Made by a program: the position numbers and the translations under genes. This document shows positions 11,481 through 24,971 of a stretch of 64,000 nt of DNA, in pieces. The notes under the pieces are model-generated. The model did not search any database and was not told the DNA's origin. It saw nothing but the letters and a program-made list of their open reading frames with translations. The first letter of the stretch is position 1, and every line of letters starts with the position of its first letter. This DNA is from Octopus vulgaris. Its lineage: Eukaryota. The stretch is taken from NCBI GenBank assembly GCA_951406725.2, contig OX597825.1:86986001-87050000 (forward strand). The letters run 5' to 3'.

Positions 11481-13338
11481 TCCTCAATTGTCTGATTTGC
11501 GGCAGTTGTCAAATTGGTTCAAGAGAGTTCCGCCGGTTTCAATGAGAATGCCCTTCACCATTGAGAGTTCAATACCACTTTCAGCCGATAGCCTATCCAA
11601 TATATATATTAAAGGTCTCAAAATTGCCGAAGTGTCCCCAGAGGTAAATCGAGGTAAGTATTCTATATTTTCATCAAATGTTTTATGTTAGATTTTCTTC
11701 GTATCTTTGTTTAATTCACATAAAACCATAGCCCTGATTACCTGTTGAATCGTTGTGCACTCTCAGTGATTAACTTCCTCGCTTAGAATAACTAAAATTG
11801 CACTGCTGAGGTTCACGTGCGATTCTCTACTATGCATATAAACGCACGCGCGTGCACACATACACACACGTAAATCATATGTGTGTGTATGTGTATCTAT
11901 AGATACATGTATACATATACACATACATATAATCTACGCACGCACACACACGTACACACAGAAACACACTCATGTATGTGTATGCATACAATCGTAATAT
12001 GCGCAGTGTTTATAATATTTTTTGTAATATGATGAGCTAAATTCGGATGCTACCTTGGCATCCAGGGAACGAGTTTGTTTCAGAGCAACGCTAAATCTCT
12101 TTAATGCTCACAATCTAATCAAACAAAAATCCGTTTTACTGGGACATGTTTTATGAAATTCCATACAGAAATAAATCTATGCTTCATATTATCACTGCTT
12201 TTCTTCCCTTTTCTATTCTGTTGTCTTTCATCTAATATTTTCAGAAACATTTTTCTGCTTCTCTGCATATGCTGTTGTTTATATAATTATTTGTTACCTA
12301 TAAACTGCTTATTTAAAACAAAGCGCAAAAAAACGCACAAAAACCCCTGCTTTTCGTAGATATTTTATTAAACATACAACAGACAATTATTATTTTGGAG
12401 TCGGCATGAAATTCATTGATTTCAAATGCTCTGCATAAAAGACTGATTCCATTCAAAAGCAAACACTTTTGACAATCACAATATATTTTGCTTTGAAGTT
12501 GAATTAATGTTGTAAACTTTCCCCTAAAGCAAGATAAGTCACCCCCCCCCACTTACAATAATTTCTTTGTTTCTGCCTGTCTGTCTTTCTCTGTAAACCC
12601 CTCTCTCTCTCACTCTTCTCTCTCTCTCTTTCTCTGTCTCTCTGTCTGTCTGTCTTTGTCTTTGTCTCTCTCTCTCTCTCTCCCTCTATTTCTCTTTCTC
12701 TTTATGCCGGTGTATACTATCGCAGCCAGTCACCTCCCCCCCGCATCTAGTCAGGAAATTGTTTTCTGCATGAAACCTCATGCAGAGTTAAATTTAGAAA
12801 TGGTTTGAAGCAAATGTCCTCCACTGTTTCGTTTATTTTTGCATTTAATCTAATATTTTAAAGAAAACATTTCATTTGATTTCTGTGTTGCACAAAAGGT
12901 AACGTAGTGTGTTGATGGTGTCTGCGTGCGTGATATCCGACATGTTAATATTAACAATTTCCACTCGGAGATCTGTAAAAATAAGTTAATTTACTCAGAT
13001 TCTGTTGCCAACATATTTTTATTGATTTAGCAAACCTGTTTGAGGCAAAGAAATGGCAGATTAAATGCCTTACTTCAAATCTAGCTTTACGTTTTGTGTT
13101 CAAATATAGACTATGTATTACGGTATTAAGTAGACTTTTATTACATTACAGGTATGGCTGTGAAGTTAAGAAGTACCCGAACCAACCATGTGGGGCCTTG
13201 TTCGATCCCAATCGAGAGCATCAAGGCAAGTGTTTTCTGTTAGAGACTCGAGTTAAGAAGTGTCTTATGTAATAAGCTTATTTGTGAGTGAAAGTCTATG
13301 TCCGCGAACGTATATGTATGTGCGTGTATATTTATATA

Positions 13339-13398
13339 TGATTGATTGATTGATTCTAGTTTCAGCTCATGAGCTGTGGCCATGCTGGGGCACCGCCA
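13339..13398 (-). mobile_element. ~56-bp retroposed 3'-tail fragment with (ATCA)n tail
   Basis: Reverse complement of 16865-16920, with one mismatch in the hairpin loop. Confidence 0.8.
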
Positions 13399-13563
13399 TT
13401 TTATATATATATATATATATATATATTCTCATCCAAAATGGAGACAAGTACCAATATTTCCATGTGGTATGCTTAAACAATTGTGAAACTTTTTTTTACA
13501 TGAAATCATTGGTTGACTTGTTAACTCACAAATAAAGTCTATATATATAACCAAATGAATAAT

Positions 13564-13777
13564 CTTTTCTATTCTAAGCACAAGGCCCGAAATATTGAGG
13601 GAGGGGGTCAGTCGATTAGATCGACTCCAGTACGCAACTGGTACTCAATTTATCGACCCCGAAAGGATGAAAGGCAAAGCTGACCACGGCGGAATTTGAA
13701 CTCAGAACGTAAAGACAGGCGAACTACCACTAAGAATTTCGCCCGGCGTGCTAACGATTCTGCCAGCTCGCCGCCTT
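13564..13777 (-). mobile_element. SINE family A (tRNA-derived), full length with target-site duplication
   Basis: GGCGGCGAGCTGGCAGAATCGTTAGC head, GAGTTCAAATTCC B-box-like motif and CCTTTCATCCTTTCGGGGTCGATAAA core. TSD is TATAAC(C/T)AAATGAATAAT at 13546-13563 and 13778-13795. Confidence 0.88.
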
Positions 13778-14909
13778 TATAACTAAATGAATAATAACAG
13801 ACAATGGATAAATATCAGGTCATTACAACAATGTAAGGAGCAGACGATTATGCATCGTCTGTTATTATTCATTCGATTATAACACACCAAGGGAACTGAC
13901 GACATGTCGGTCGCCGTCGTGTATACCAATAAAGTACAATGAACGTAAGGTGAGCTTTGGACCAGCGCCTAGGCACTAAATGCTCATTGGGTTGCTGTTC
14001 TCTGTCTACACAACCCGAATATCCTACTTGATGTTTATCAACCAAAGATGCTGACCCCAGATTTATTCAACCCTACCTCCTGGTACTTATCTTTTAAAGC
14101 ACCCGATTGCATCTGATTCCTTTTTGTTACTATTATATGTATATATACACACACACACACACACATGTATTGCTATATATGCTATCTAACAAATACACTG
14201 GAAGGAGATTGGATTATAATAATCTATGTGGAGCTCTAATCTTAACAGTAGCAGTCATACATTTCTTCGAATGAACACACAGCTTCTACCATATATATAT
14301 ATATATACACGTATAAATATGTGTGTATATGGATGTATATATATTTGTATGGTTTTTTTGTGTATGTATGTGTTTGTGTGTGTGTGTGCGTGGTGGGATT
14401 TAAAGCACTCTATTATATCCGTTAAGAACAAATCGTGGATTAGAGCCAAGTTTATTCTCTACAAACCCTGATATTGTTCATAGTAATATGACAGAGATCG
14501 CTTGGAGGATAAATAAATACATTTAATCTTTCTCGTCACTGTAGGATTTTGGCCAAGTAATACGTTGCCTTCAATCTGAACAGGTTTTAGAAAGGTGAAT
14601 ATTGGAATTGGCTCCGTGTTTTACCTATAGACCGCTCGCTGTGATGCATTAAATTCATATTTTTAGTTTAGGTTGCAAACTAGGAATTACAGATGTTGTT
14701 AGAATGGTTTCTGATATTATTAGAAGATCTGAGTAAGCGAGGAAGGAGAAGAACAAAGAGAAGAACCCAAGTATATGACAGGTATATTTATTCTGTTGAG
14801 GGTGAAGGACGATAAAACATGAACGGGGAGATTTTAAACGGGAATAAATGGGGCGCAATTAGGTATAATACAACGTTCATCTGATTGCTAATGAAGATGA
14901 CGTACATGG

Positions 14910-14947
<38 letters not shown>

Positions 14948-15054
14948 CTAACAAAAGACAAATAGCAGCACCACCATTAACATTATTTCCACAGCAACAG
15001 TAGCACCAGCGTCAGCAACAATAGCAACAAAGGTAATTCATTACAGAGATAGAT

Positions 15055-15185
15055 ATTTTGGAGGTGGAGCTGGAAGTGGAACAGTCCATTAGGCCGACTC
15101 CAGTACTTGATTGTTGTTTTATGTTATCGACCTCGGAAGAATGAAAATCAAATCCAGCCTCGGTGGGATTTGAACTCAGAACGGA
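15055..15185 (-). mobile_element. SINE family A, decayed fragment
   Basis: TTATCGACCTCGGAAGAATGAAA...GGATTTGAACTCAGAACG. Confidence 0.6.
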
Positions 15186-15841
15186 AAAAACGACATATTT
15201 TATAAATACGCCAAATACGGATCAAAGAAGAGAATAGCATCAACATAAATACTTTACTATTTCAGCAATCAAGGGTAAAGCTTTGCCTCATTTCCTATCC
15301 GAGAAAATGAGAATTACCCGCACAGCATCACACAAAGTGATAGCGAAATCTTCCTCAAATGGAGTTTCTCCTATGCTTTCATATTTAGAGAAAATGTGAC
15401 GAGCAGGACGCCATTTATTAACTGATCAGAAATGGCGTCGAGAAGAGCAACAAAAAGACCTCATCTCATGTAACTTTCATAAAAACGTGAAACGCAAACA
15501 TATTACTATTTACAAATCGCCGAGACTGACTCAATGCTGCCTTACTCTCATGGCATAATTACTCCTAATTAGTTTCTTTGATGTTCAATACATTAACTAT
15601 GTTAATACCAACTTAACTATTAGTTTTCATGCAGATGGCACTTCCTCAGCAATTAATCTCAGTGATAAGTTTTTTTAAAACTAATTAATGTATACTTTTC
15701 CTCCATTGGATCCCTGCTTTAATTAGGTTTTTGATCCTCGAGTTTTATGTAATTGTATTCATATATTTGCATTTAGCTAGTTTGATTAAACGTTTCATGA
15801 GATACAACAATATATCACAGAAAATTTCAATATTTATCACA

Positions 15842-15922
<81 letters not shown>

Positions 15923-16118
15923 AATCTTGATACGTTTATCTCATTTTCTCAAGTGACGTGAAACGGATTCAACAGATATTATCAGACATCGTTTTTTATT
16001 TTATCAGTTTTAGGAATCAGTTTTCGTTTCTTAATGGAGACAGTGGAGAACGAAGAGAGAAAACAAATAAATAAATAACGCATTAATCATCGAAGGAAAA
16101 CAAGAAGTGCAGTGGTAC

Positions 16119-16174
<56 letters not shown>

Positions 16175-16519
16175 GCACACACATGCACACATGCATACAA
16201 AAACATACACGCATGCACACACATACAAAGATATGTATGGAGTGCAAACCACATTTAGTGGTGCCAATTTCCTTCCAAGCCGAGTCTGTCGGTTCAATTC
16301 TCGGTTTCACTTGAAAAATAAAGAAAAAGTTTCACTTAGAAATGGAAGTGCAATATCCAGGATTCTTTATATCGAAGAGTGGTAGGGAGAGGTGAAGAGG
16401 GGGTTTGCCTTATATTAATGTCCTGGACCTAATACAAACAGCAAAGTATATTTCACCAAAACACACAACAACCAGGTGTTCGTTTTAAGCTGGGAATGAA
16501 ATCTTCTATCCTGAACCAA

Positions 16520-16682
16520 AAAGTATACGATTTACTTCTCATCCGTGTCAGCCTTCCAAAATTTACCTACAAGAATTTCTGTTCAACCAAGACCCTTGTA
16601 GAAGACCCAGGCAGGTGCCGTGCAGTGTGCTTGAATCGAAATTACTTGGTTGTTAAGCAAACTTCTCAGCTACACAGTCACG
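16520..16682 (-). mobile_element. SINE family B, decayed 5' half
   Basis: Similar to the reverse complement of 17552-17715. Confidence 0.5.
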
Positions 16683-16829
16683 ATCGATCCTCATCGTGGT
16701 TAAAGCAAGTACTACATGTGATTGGCTACGTCTGTCAAGTGGCCGGGCATTATTGCTCTGCATTCTCTTGACTTTCGTCTCAGCATCATCTTATATGGAA
16801 ATTAGGACGACATTGCTACTACAATCACC

Positions 16830-16864
<35 letters not shown>

Positions 16865-16868
<4 letters not shown>

Positions 16869-16920
16869 GGTGCCCCAGCATGGCCACAGCTCGTGAGCTG
16901 AAACTAGAATCAATCAATCA
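16865..16920 (+). mobile_element. ~56-bp retroposed 3'-tail fragment with (ATCA)n tail inside (TA)n
   Basis: TGGCGGTGCCCCAGCATGGCCA-CAGCTC gt GAGCTG-AAACTAGAATCAATCAATCA. Confidence 0.8.
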
Positions 16921-16936
16921 TATATATATGACCTAC

Positions 16937-16987
<51 letters not shown>

Positions 16988-17551
16988 CATACACACACAC
17001 ATATATGCACATACGTGCATATACACTCATGCACACATATATGCTGTAAATACTATACACATTAGAAGAGAAACACCGAAAGAAAAGAATTTGAACATAA
17101 AGCATTAAGTTAACACTTTAATAAAAGTGGAAAGTGAATTAACATTTTGGGCGTTAGTCCTCCATCAGTAGAAAAGAAGAGAAAAGTTTAGGAGAAGTTA
17201 GAAACATAAGTATTCACTGAAAAAAAAACATGCGATGGGTTAGAAACTAGGCAGGATTCTGTTTTATGAGGTTATTTTAGAAGGAAATTAGAAGTGGGCG
17301 TGTAGACGCAAGGGTAAGCGTACATGTGTCTGTAAGTGGGCATGAGGGAAGAGTGAGCTGTGTGTGTGTGTGCGCTGGTATCGTGTGCGTACAGAAAGGT
17401 GTGCTAGTGCAGAAGGATTGTGTCGTTGGTTAGTAGGGATGCGAGGCGTTAATGTGTTCATGAGGGCTATGTGTTTGTATGTATGAGTGTCTGTGTGCGT
17501 GCGTAAAGTGTGTTACATACATATATATGCATGTATATCTATATATCTATA

Positions 17552-17977
17552 GGCGTAGGAGTGGCTGTGTGGTAAGTAGCTTGCTAACCAACTACATGGT
17601 TCCGGGTTCACTCCCACAGCGTGGCATCTTGGACAAGTGTCTTCTGCTATAGCCCCGGGCCGACCAATGCCTTGTAAGTGGATTTGGTAGACGGAAACTG
17701 AAAGAAGCCTGTCGTATATATGTATATGTATATTTGTATGTGTGTGTATATGTTTGTGTGTCTGTGTTTGTCCCCTAGCATTGCTTGACAACCGATGCTG
17801 GTGTGTTTACGTCCCCGTCACATAGCAGTTCGGCAAAAAAACCGATAGAATAAGTACTGGGTTTACAAAGAATAAGTACTGGGTTTACAAAGAATAAGTC
17901 CCGGGGTCGATTTGCTCGACTAAAGGCGGTGCTCCAGCATGGCCGCAGTCAAATGACTGAAACATGTAAAAGAGTAA
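17552..17977 (+). mobile_element. SINE family B (tRNA-derived), full length, with internal (TA/TG)n tract
   Basis: TGGCTGTGTGGTAAG A-box-like and GGGTTCACTCCC B-box-like motifs, a 3' hairpin CAGTC-aaat-GACTG, and an internal 22-bp duplication AGAATAAGTACTGGGTTTACAA. Nearly identical to 58567-59018 (-). Confidence 0.9.
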
Positions 17978-18228
17978 TATATATATATATATATATAATT
18001 TACCTTTGTTTAACGGTTATTTTCATAGCATTTTTTGATGGCCCGATAACCGAAGCGATGCCGGTGCAGGCTTCCGTCCCGACATCAGAAACTCGAAGTT
18101 TTATCATGGCTACAGAATAATTGTTACATATTATATTTACAGATACATTCCTCTATTTACATATATCCAGGTCTTTTTCATTCTTTTGTTGTCTTCCCAT
18201 TACGATCACTATTTATATATATATATAT

Positions 18229-18929
18229 ACTAGCTTAAGGTGACCCACTCGACGCGCGGGTGAGGTTATGGTTGATACTTTCTGTGTCTTATCGCCCCAT
18301 TCTCCCTCTTTGTTTCTCTCTCCTATCTTGCTTTCTCACTCTCTTCCTTTCTCTCGGCCTCTCCCTCGCTTTCTCTTACTCTTTCTCTTTCTCTGCCATT
18401 TATAAAAAATTAGATTTCCGCGTTTAAATTACAAAACCGACTCCACTATACCATGTTGAAAATTTGATTGAAGGCAAAAGGTGTCCGATGTAGACCCCCA
18501 AGTGTCCCCCAAAATCAATAAAATTCCAGTTTTCACACCAAAGCAACTACTGTAGCGCCCCAAAACGTCTCTCAATCAATTTCTCACCTGAAGTTACCCC
18601 CTCATGTAAATTTTAAGCCCCTTCCAGCCCCATTTAGATCCCTTTTTACATAAAAATCCAATTTGTATCAACGTTCGCCTTCTTCATTTTATAGAACAGA
18701 CAGATATACCGGGCCTTGCTCGGGATTAAAATCGTTTATTGTTGTTTTACTTGTTTCGGCATTATAACCCGATTTCATTCGGTTCTACGCGGGCCACATT
18801 TTAAAAGATGAGGAATTTCGGCCTTTCAATTGAGCAGACTCAAAGTTGCCATGCAATCTCGCTAGCACTTTTAAAATAGATGTGCATAGTTTCAGCCGAA
18901 TCCGCTCACATATGCACACATTTTATATG

Positions 18930-18930
<1 letters not shown>
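18229..18930 (+). mobile_element. Two adjacent putative Helentron/HINE (DINE-1-like) non-autonomous elements
   Basis: Starts are ACTAGC...GACCC...CGCGGG (18229) and ATACCGGGCCTTGCTCGGG (18705). Each ends in a TTTTATA...GA/TA tract, and the first has an internal CT-rich repeat. Assignment is by resemblance only. Confidence 0.4.
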
Positions 18931-18961
<31 letters not shown>

Positions 18962-19010
18962 TACATACGCATTAAATATGTACATATATACGCATTATAT
19001 ATACATGTCT

Positions 19011-19046
<36 letters not shown>

Positions 19047-19072
19047 CTACACAAATATATACAAATATATAC

Positions 19073-19129
<57 letters not shown>

Positions 19130-19651
19130 TATATACATATTTATATACACACATATGTATATAATTTAACACAATATATCTGATTACGGATATCTGTTTT
19201 TATTGTGCGATGGAGGTGGGCGATAATAATTCACTGTTCTAAAAGACGGGGATATTTAAACTGTTGCTACTGTCACGCTTTCTGTCTATAGATGGACACA
19301 GAAGTAGAGTGAGACAAGTGGTGGAGGAAAGACTGACAGACAGACGGTGAAACTGTCAAACGTCGTTATAGAGAGAAACTGATGGGACGGGAGGAAAGAG
19401 AGAGAGAGAGACGGAGGAAGACAGGCAGATAAGAGAAAGGGAGCAACGACAAACATTTGTCAAAGTGTGGGTTTTTTGCCCTAGTAACCACAGCTTTTGA
19501 GATAGGGATTTCTAACCTAGCCCACTCACATCCTCGCCTCCTTTTAATGTCCCTGTAAATTTTGGAGCGACTCCGACGGGATCTAGTGCCCTTTAACCCG
19601 TTCCAATGCCAAAACCAGACAAACAAGCAAACTTTTCGCATTTCAGATATA

Positions 19652-19735
<84 letters not shown>

Positions 19736-20202
19736 GAAAGATAGATAGATATATAGACAGATAGAAAGATGGATGCATATTAGTATAGATATAGTCTTCC
19801 GGAATATGGGTTACATGTTATAATGACATTTTTATGGAAAGAAATCCAAGAAGCTGTAGTACTTTTGCTATTATTGAATCGATTCGCCAAAATCGATTGC
19901 TCAGCACTTGAACTCCATAGAATGTAGCACCAATCCTTGGTGCTGTTGATGCTAAGTCATAAAATATTCATTTGTTATGTCTTTGATTAGTTTATATCTT
20001 GGAGGAGTCAAATTTGGAAAATATGATATTCTTATTTTCTTTGATGTTTTTAAATGTATAGAGGAACCGGGATTTGAAACCGAGCCCCAAATCGGACTGG
20101 TTAGGGATGTTACTCTTACAAAACAGTTGGCTGTTCGTTTTCGTTCTCTGCAGAATTAATTTTGTACAATGTGAGAAGGTCAGACATTTAGATCCGTAGG
20201 TG

Positions 20203-20370
20203 GAGTCAGGATATGGCTGTTTGGTAGGAAGCTTACGTCCCAACGACATGGCTCCTGGTTCAGTCCCTCTGTGTGGAACCTTGGGCAAGTGTCTTCTACT
20301 ATAGCATTGGGCCAACAAAAGCATTGTGAGTGGATTTTGTAGACGGAGACTGAAAGAAGCCCGTTGTATA
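20203..20370 (+). mobile_element. SINE family B, 5' half
   Basis: GGTTCAGTCCC...CTTGGGCAAGTGTCTTCTACTATAGC...GACGGAGACTGAAAGAAGCCCG. Confidence 0.8.
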
Positions 20371-20532
20371 TATATATATGTAGTTGTGGTATTTGTGTCG
20401 GTGTTATATAGACAGCTATAGGATCTAGTGACGTTCCAGCTATGCCCATAACTTATTTTCTTCTTGAATAGTCTACTTCGAACAATCTTCTTAATAGAAT
20501 CAGAAGAGTTCTGAAATATGTTTTTTGCGACA

Positions 20533-20592
<60 letters not shown>

Positions 20593-20605
20593 GTTGTTGT
20601 TGTTG

Positions 20606-20673
<68 letters not shown>

Positions 20674-20680
20674 GTTGTTG

Positions 20681-20740
<60 letters not shown>
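20533..20740. repeat. (ATT)n/(GTT)n compound microsatellite
   Basis: Direct inspection of the sequence. Confidence 0.95.
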
Positions 20741-20741
<1 letters not shown>

Positions 20742-21452
20742 GTTCTGCCACTCTATCCCAGCAGTTTATCCTCTTAATGTTTGATAAAGTTATGACTGTT
20801 GATAAAATAAATATTAAACCAGTTTAAAATTCGATTTACCCTCCTCATTTCCTCAACATTAAGGCCCACATTCTACAGTCAGCGGTTACAATGTTGAAGA
20901 GATTGCAATGAATTCCTGCAGGAATGGTAAAGACAACATGCTGTTGAAATGAGCTAAATAAAGCAACCTGCCTGCCAAACTTCTCCTGACTCGTCAACTG
21001 AAATCAATATTCGAGTGGAGGAAATGGATTGTCAAAATCGTGTTTCCAAATGAACAAAATTTCAAACTTAAGATTTTTCTTTATTTAAATCACAAAAAAT
21101 ATATTTTTCTATTTCTTCTTGTTTAAAGTCCAATTATTTTTCGGGCGATTTCTGTTTTCACTTGAAGGTGATATTTATTTCCAAACAAACAATACAATTT
21201 TCTGCCTCAATATCAACGTCTTGTTTTGCTTCTTCAAATTACCACCATATGTCTTTTTTTATATTTTTAAATATCTTATTTTTGTATTCATTTCATTACT
21301 TATTTTTATACATTTAAATATTTATTGTTTTTTTATATATTTATATATTTTATTCTTCCATCGAAACATTCATTAGTTCCTCTATTTACCTCTTTCACAT
21401 CTCTTCCGCACTCCTTCACTTTTATTTTCCTTTAATTCGTAGATTTCCTTTC

Positions 21453-21509
<57 letters not shown>

Positions 21510-22822
21510 ACACACACAGACGCCCGTGCGCACAACGTCATTAACTCATCCTTCCACTGCAATCAGGGTATTGATCTCTCAACAAAATCACTAGTTCAAA
21601 AATCTATTAGATTCATATAGTTTTAGTTTTATTTCTCACTAATTCTCAATTTTCTCTTCAACCTCGTCAACAAAAATAGTAACAAACGCAGCAGCAGCAG
21701 CAGCAGCAGTGGAAAGGCAAACATGTCATAAGATAAAAAGAAAAAAGCATGATTTTAATCTTCAGCGTCTAAAACATTCCATCGGAAGAAGACAGACATT
21801 GATGCCAGTAAACTGGTAGCGAGGTGGATACGAGTGACATCTTGGTTACTTTTAAATGCAATTTTGCACAGAAAGCTCTACTTTGTTGATTTATATGTTA
21901 ATTTAATAAGCGTGCGTTGATATCCTACCTGTTTTCGTAGTCACTCAATCAAATATATTAATCAATTTTATATTCTTGAAGACGCCTCCATCACCTTGTC
22001 TCTGTCTGTCTCTCTCTGTACCTCTTTCCCTCTCTAATTCCCCCTCTCTCTTTCTATCTCTCCCCTCCCTCTTCTCTGTCGTTGTTTCCTTCCTTCCTTT
22101 CCTTCTATCTCTCTAACTTTCATTGTCCCCACACAGCCCCCCCCCCCTTCTGTTCTATCTTTCAATTACTAAATCACTCGATAACTAAATCTGTCGTATT
22201 GGATATATTTTTTTCTTTGCCAAGTGATAAGTGATTCCCTGGAAATGTAATAAATTAAGAAAGACAGTTTAACCAATAAAGATCAGAAAAATACTTTGAT
22301 TTGTAAATTAAAAGAGCTACAATCGATATGGTGTAGTGATATGGCCAGCAGGATAACACTTTAAACTAGTTGTTCCTCAGACGTGAGTTCAAATAACTTA
22401 TAGGAAATCTGAAGTGTTTATTTCCAGATTGCCTTAGGATTTCCTCGACAAAGTCACTTTTGATTGTGAGTCATCATAAAGATGAAATGACTTATCTTTC
22501 ATCCGTATTCATCAAACGAGCCAGAGGGATTCGCTAGCTCTGTCTAATGGGGTGCTTCATAAACGGCTGAAGAAATTTTGATATGATAAATATGAATGTG
22601 TCAATCCAATGTTGGTCAGGTTTTAGGAATGGAAAATAGACACGAGAGACACATTTACAATTTCCTTAACTGGAAAAAAAATAAAGCATCATCATCGTTT
22701 AACGTCCGCCTTCCATGTTTTCATGGGTGGGTTGTGTTTCATTCGTTGTTATAGTAGGCTTTTCTTAATCAAATAAACGATCATCATCATCATCATGATC
22801 ATCATCATCATGATCATCATCA

Positions 22823-22885
<63 letters not shown>

Positions 22886-23229
22886 TAATACTCACAGCTT
22901 ATTTTGCTGGCTATGATGGAAAGAGACGATAGAATTTGTATTAGGCTCAAAAAAGTACCGGGACCAATTGGTTCGACTAAAAAACCCCCATGCCCGAGCA
23001 TGAGCGCTCTCTAATGACTGAAGCAGATAAAAGATAAAGGATTCCTACGTGTCCCTCACTCATTGGACGATGGTCAATATTATTTTAGAATCATTGAGTG
23101 ACGAATTGGTATCACAACAGAGCACCACACGTCTAAATTCTAAACATCTTTCGATATCAGTATTATTATTTGGTCGACACACCTTATACCTAATATAGAA
23201 TTGTTATAAAAAAGGGCTCCTCGCGAGCC

Positions 23230-23425
23230 ATAGGCTCATAAAGATGGTTTCCCGGAGTCTGTGGTGTTTTTATTCCACCTCCCCGGGCCAGGAGTTCGGC
23301 CAGCTGAGTCGACTGGAACAACGTGAAACGAAGATTTTGCTCAAGAAAACAAAGCACTACCCAGTCTAGGAATCGAATCTATAATCTTACACATCATGAG
23401 TGTAACACTCTAACCGTGGGGCTAC
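23230..23425 (-). mobile_element. SINE family C, decayed
   Basis: CCAGCTGAGTCGACTGGAACAACGTGAAA...TTGCTCAAGAAAACAA...GGAATCGAA, as in 56152-56444. Confidence 0.6.
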
Positions 23426-23501
23426 GAAGTAATTAACCCGAATAATATCTTTTCTAATTTGAATTGGGATTAAGTCAATACTCAATATTTAAAAGACCGA
23501 A

Positions 23502-23735
23502 AGGCGGTGAGTTGGCAGAATCGTTAGCACGCCGGGCGAAATGCTTATCAGTATTTCGTTTGCCGTTACGTTCAGAGTTCAAATTTCGCTGAGGTTGACT
23601 TTGCCTTTCACCCTTTCGGGGTCGATAAATTAAGTACCAGTTACGCACTGGGGTCTATATAATCGACTTAATCCGTTTGTCTGTCCTTGTTTGTCCCCTC
23701 TGTGTTTAGCCCCTTGTGGGTAGTAAAGAAATAGC
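23502..23735 (+). mobile_element. SINE family A, full length with target-site duplication
   Basis: GGCGGTGAGTTGGCAGAATCGTTAGC head and AGCCCCTTGTGGGTAGTAAAGAAATAG tail. TSD is TATTTAAAAGA(C/T)CGAAAG at 23486-23503 and 23736-23753. Confidence 0.9.
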
Positions 23736-24357
23736 TATTTAAAAGATCGAAAGAGTATTAAGTCTATTTTCAACACTGTATTTGCCTTTTACATTGAAAT
23801 GACACTAACTTGAATTTTATCCACACAAAAATTTCATAGAATTAGAATTTTGAGTTTAAAGTAAAGAAACTGAGATATATTGATGCGTTCTAACATTGGC
23901 AGAAAGCCAGTGTCGTGTTGTGGGAATTATTTGCAATCAATAGAGTAAACTCAAGTAGATGAGTGATAATTTATCTCCCCTTGGAATCATAACAACACAA
24001 AGTTGGTAACGGCAAGTGAGGGACGTGTTTGGGGAAGGACTATATTTTATGGTGTAAAACGTGGGATTTTATTTGGTTTAAGCTTGGGCGGAGAAAAAGG
24101 AAGAAGTTGATAATTGCAAGATTTGAAATTAGAAAGCAGCAGAGTAAAAGTATGTAGATTGCTAAACATTTTATCTGGTTTTCTAACTTTTCTGCCAGTT
24201 TGCTAATGATGAAGATGATGATGAGGATAATGATGACGGTGGTGGTGGTGGTGGTGATGGTAACAAAATAAACAACGAACAAATTTGAAAAACAGCAACA
24301 GCTAGAACAAGGATGGGGACGAAACTCTCGGAGTTTGAATCACTTTAAACCAATTCA

Positions 24358-24580
24358 CGTGCGGCAAGAAGCTTGCTTCCCAGCAACGTGGTTCCGGGTT
24401 CAGTTTCATTGCGTGTTACCTTCTAATGAAGCTTCAGGCCAACCAAAGCCTTGTAAGTGGATTTGAAAAACAGAAACCGAAAGAAACCCGTCTTCGTCTA
24501 AAAAGCCCTTTATGGTGGTGCTCCAGCATAGCCGCGGTCAAACGACTGAAACAAGCAAAAGAATAAGAGAATAAGAGAAT
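24358..24580 (+). mobile_element. SINE family B with internal deletion
   Basis: The head (GGTTCCGGGTTCAG) is joined directly to the tail (GGTGGTGCTCCAGCATAGCCGCGGTCAAACGACTGAAAC). Confidence 0.7.
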
Positions 24581-24912
24581 ATTTTTGAATTAATAATTGG
24601 TAGAAACAACAGAGCAACTGAAGGGACAAGGGTTTCGTTCGTTAGGACCTATCATCCGCCAGGTCATCCCATAAGTGCTGTCCGATTTTACCTTTTTTAA
24701 AATTGAATCAATTTAGAATGTCTAACGGAATTAAAAATTATTTTTATGCATTTAAACTAATTAAATATTATTTTACAGAATAATAGAATTAATATTTCTT
24801 TGAATGTCAGTCGTAAAAAACGGTGTATTTTTTAAAACTTCGATTCACAATAGTTTGAGTTGCCATCTGGCTGCTGTTTCTAGATATTTTGTTGGTGGTT
24901 AATCAAGTGCTC

Positions 24913-24971
24913 GCTCATTGGCTAATGAAGGAGCTCTCTCATTGGCTAATGAAGGAGCTCTCTCATTGGCT
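24913..24971. repeat. 24-bp tandem repeat (~2.4 copies) containing ATTGG/CCAAT
   Basis: CTCATTGGCTAATGAAGGAGCTCT is repeated. Confidence 0.85.

Noticed and set aside
17138-17172. Hammerhead-like remnant on the minus strand (CTGATGG-AGGACTAACGCCC-AAAATGTT)
   Set aside because: Both core halves are mutated and there is no stem I, so it is at most a dead relic. Half-motifs at ~18088, ~55970 and ~56490 were excluded for the same reason.
17552-17625. tRNA genes at SINE heads
   Set aside because: A- and B-box-like motifs are present, but there is no complete cloverleaf and each continues into a repeated SINE body.
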